A DNA stretch of 64,000 bases, taken from the NCBI GenBank assembly GCA_030264375.1, contig JASCQW010000190.1:15987528-16051527 (forward strand). The letters run 5' to 3'. The position numbers were made by a program, and so were the translations under genes. The notes below the pieces were generated by a model, which made no database searches, was not told the origin of the DNA, and worked only from the letters and a program-made list of their open reading frames with translations. This document shows, in pieces, positions 61,273 to 64,000 of the stretch; the stretch's first letter is position 1; each line of letters begins with the position of its first letter. Source of the stretch: Carcharhinus longimanus (Eukaryota).

Positions 61273-64000
61273 GAGCAGTAAATGAAGGTTAGGTCACATG
61301 ATTTCCATAATCGAATGGTGAAAGGGAAGCTGGTGACCTCAAATGGCATCATGGTGCACTATAGGTAGCATTGGGTTGCATTTCTCACCAGGGCTTTGCA
61401 ATTCCACGAAGATGAGGCAAGTACCCATTTTTATATTTAACTAACGGTCTATTAAGGAAGTTGCGGTGTTGTTACGCTATAATGTTGCAATTTTAATAGT
61501 AGGCAGTTCATTATCAGAAAAGCACAGTAAGAATTTCAGGATCAGAAAGCGCAAACTCATCCTTTTATTACACCCAGTGAAAATTATTCTCGGCAAGAAA
61601 CAAATGTATAGAAATTGCATGCGATTAACAGCAAACTTTGGACGTGGCAGAGAATGTAGGGGGAGGCGATGGCCTCGTGGTATTATCGCTTGACTATTAA
61701 TCCAGAAACTCAACTGATGTTCTAGGAGCCCGCGTTCGAATCCTGCACGGCAGATGGTGGCATTTGAACTCAATAAAAAATATCTGGAATTAAGAATCTG
61801 CCGATAACCATGAGACCATTGTCGATTGTTGGAAAAACCCATCAGGTTCATTAATTCCCTTTAGGGAAGGAAATCTGCCATCCTTACCTTGTCTGGCCTA
61901 CATGTGATGCCAGAGGCACAGCAGTGTGGTTGATTCTCAACTGCCCTCAAGCAACTGGGGATGGGCAATAAATGCTGGCCAACCAATGACGTCCATAACC
62001 CACAAATGAATAAAAAAAGTAGAAACACAACTTCAATTTACTTGACTTGTTGGTATGTTTTGCATGGGACAATACTAAGAAAATCTGAAAAAACGTTGCA
62101 GTCTGCAAATTAGTTTGTTTAAATGTAATCAATCAAACATAGCATTAGTGATATTTACCCAACACTGATCGAAGAACAGACTGAGGTTAGGATTTTCTGG
62201 CACCCTTCCCACCCCTATGGCGTGGTTTCCTGCGGCAGAGGCAAACGGCCATTGGCCGCTGGTGGGATCTTCTGGTCCCCCAAAGTCAATAGCCATTTAT
62301 GTTGCTCGCTGCTCATGCGGCTGGGGAAACCGATATTTGGGTGTGGGTTGCGGGGGGTAGCCTTCAGCAGGACTGGAATATCCTGCTGGCAAAAAGGCCA
62401 GAATATCCCCCCCTAAGATTAGACAACACAAAATATTTGCGAAAAACACACTGTTTTAACACAAGCTTAGTAGCCATTTCTTTTGTCCAGGAATTTTGGT
62501 CGACAGAAGCAGAAAGAAAATGACATCAGTATAAATTAGCGTGTAGGGTATGTCCAGCACAGTCAGTACAAATGCTTAACAGCTAAGTCTCAGATTAGTC
62601 CTTTCCCCACAAACTTAACAACAACTGTCTAATATCACTTAAAGTGAGAGGGGGGAAGTTCAGAGGAGATGTGAGAGGCCACGATTTTTATACAGAGAGT
62701 AGTAGGTGTTTGGAACACGGTGCCAGTGTGGTGGTGCAGGCAGATACGACAGGGGCGTTTAAAAGGGGTTTTTAGATAAGCACATGATATTCAAGGAATA
62801 GCAGGATATGAACCAAGGGCAGGCAGAATGGATTAGATTAATTTGACGTCATGTTTGGCACAACATTGTGGGCTGAAGGGCCTGTCCCTGTGCTGTACTG
62901 TTCTAAGTTCTATGTATTAGTAGAATTTGTCTTCAATGTTGCTATGCATATCACCCTTATTAAATTTAGGTCCATCTCTATCCATGCAAATTGATTTCTG
63001 AAATGTTTTGAATTGCAGCAACTTGTCAAGCCTCCTTCAACAGCGCCTTCCAAACCTGTGATCTTCACAATCCAGAAGTACAAGGGCAGCAGATGCACCA
63101 CCTGCAAGCCCCTCTTCAAATCGCACACCTTCATTATTTGGACTAATGTCACCATTGCTTCACTTTGTCTGGGATAAAACTCTGGCAGTCCTTCCTTAAC
63201 AGCACAGTGGGTGTATTTATATCTCATGGGCTCCATTGGTTCAATAAAGTGGCTCACCACCACCGCCTCAATAGCCAATAGGGATGGGCAACAATGGCCT
63301 CCTAGACATTGGTGCCCATGAAAGAATAAAATAAACTGAAGGCATAGGCACCGATGGCGGAATGATTAAAGTCAATGAATCAGCTGGAGTCATAGAGCGG
63401 GATTTTCCAGCTGCACTTGCCCCAAGACCGGAAAACCCACCCGAGGCCAACAGACATTTTCATGGTCCTGCCTTGCCCACTACAATTCCCGGATGGAAAA
63501 GTTCCGCCCTGTGAGTCATACAGAGCAGAAAAGGTCCTTTGGCCCATCGAGTCTGCACCGACAATTATCTAGTGCCAATATCTTGGGGGGTCGTGGGAGT
63601 GGAGGAGGTGACAGGGATAGGGTGGGGTAAGGCCATGCAGTAATTTGGAAACAAAGAGGCAGATTTTAAACTCAAAGGCATTGCTTAACTAGGAGCCAAT
63701 GCCAAATTAATGAACACTGGGTTGAACTTGCTGCCAAGTTAAGACAACGGCACTAGAGATTTTTACATATCTAATGCCCTTTATAATAGAGGTCATATTA
63801 CAAATAGGCCAGCATTTGTGTGGACATTTTTCAGGAAAAGCATCCACATATTTTAGTAAATAAGGTGACAAAACATATTCACTAACAAAATGCAGTTAGA
63901 GCAGTCAGTACCAAAAGTTACCATGGAGACAGAAAAAATCACTGTTCATCATATTTTTGTACATCCAATTAAAGATTAAAGCCAGGGTACATCTGAGAAT

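Overview
Vertebrate genomic DNA, almost certainly from a cartilaginous fish (shark). The repeats are typical of elasmobranchs: HE1/V-SINEs, CR1/HER1-type, L2 and Rex1/Babar LINEs, Penelope-derived palindromes and Harbinger-type MITEs. It is a draft assembly with many N gaps, mostly exactly 100 N and usually at young repeats. The only protein-coding gene I can identify is the 3' half of COTL1 (coactosin-like F-actin binding protein) on the + strand: a 158-bp internal exon (1643-1800), a ~26.1-kb intron, a 111-bp terminal coding exon (27929-28039) and a ~1-kb 3' UTR. Almost every other ORF in the track is a decayed TE fragment, SINE read-through or an N-gap artefact. I see no CRISPR array, operon or clearly new multi-gene system. 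Signals most worth a second look: (1) three locally templated duplications (inverted or direct, 120-350 bp, donor <1.2 kb away) that cross TE junctions or sit at microhomologies, one forming a ~350-bp hairpin in the COTL1 intron; (2) two families of palindromic Penelope-derived elements with hammerhead-ribozyme-like cores, one family with TSDs; (3) one V-SINE head carrying two different LINE-derived tails, one resembling a Rex1/Babar end; (4) a candidate TATA/RUNX/TCF promoter with two splice-bounded exons of an unidentified transcript at 58.7-60.4 kb. TE boundaries were placed by eye and are approximate.
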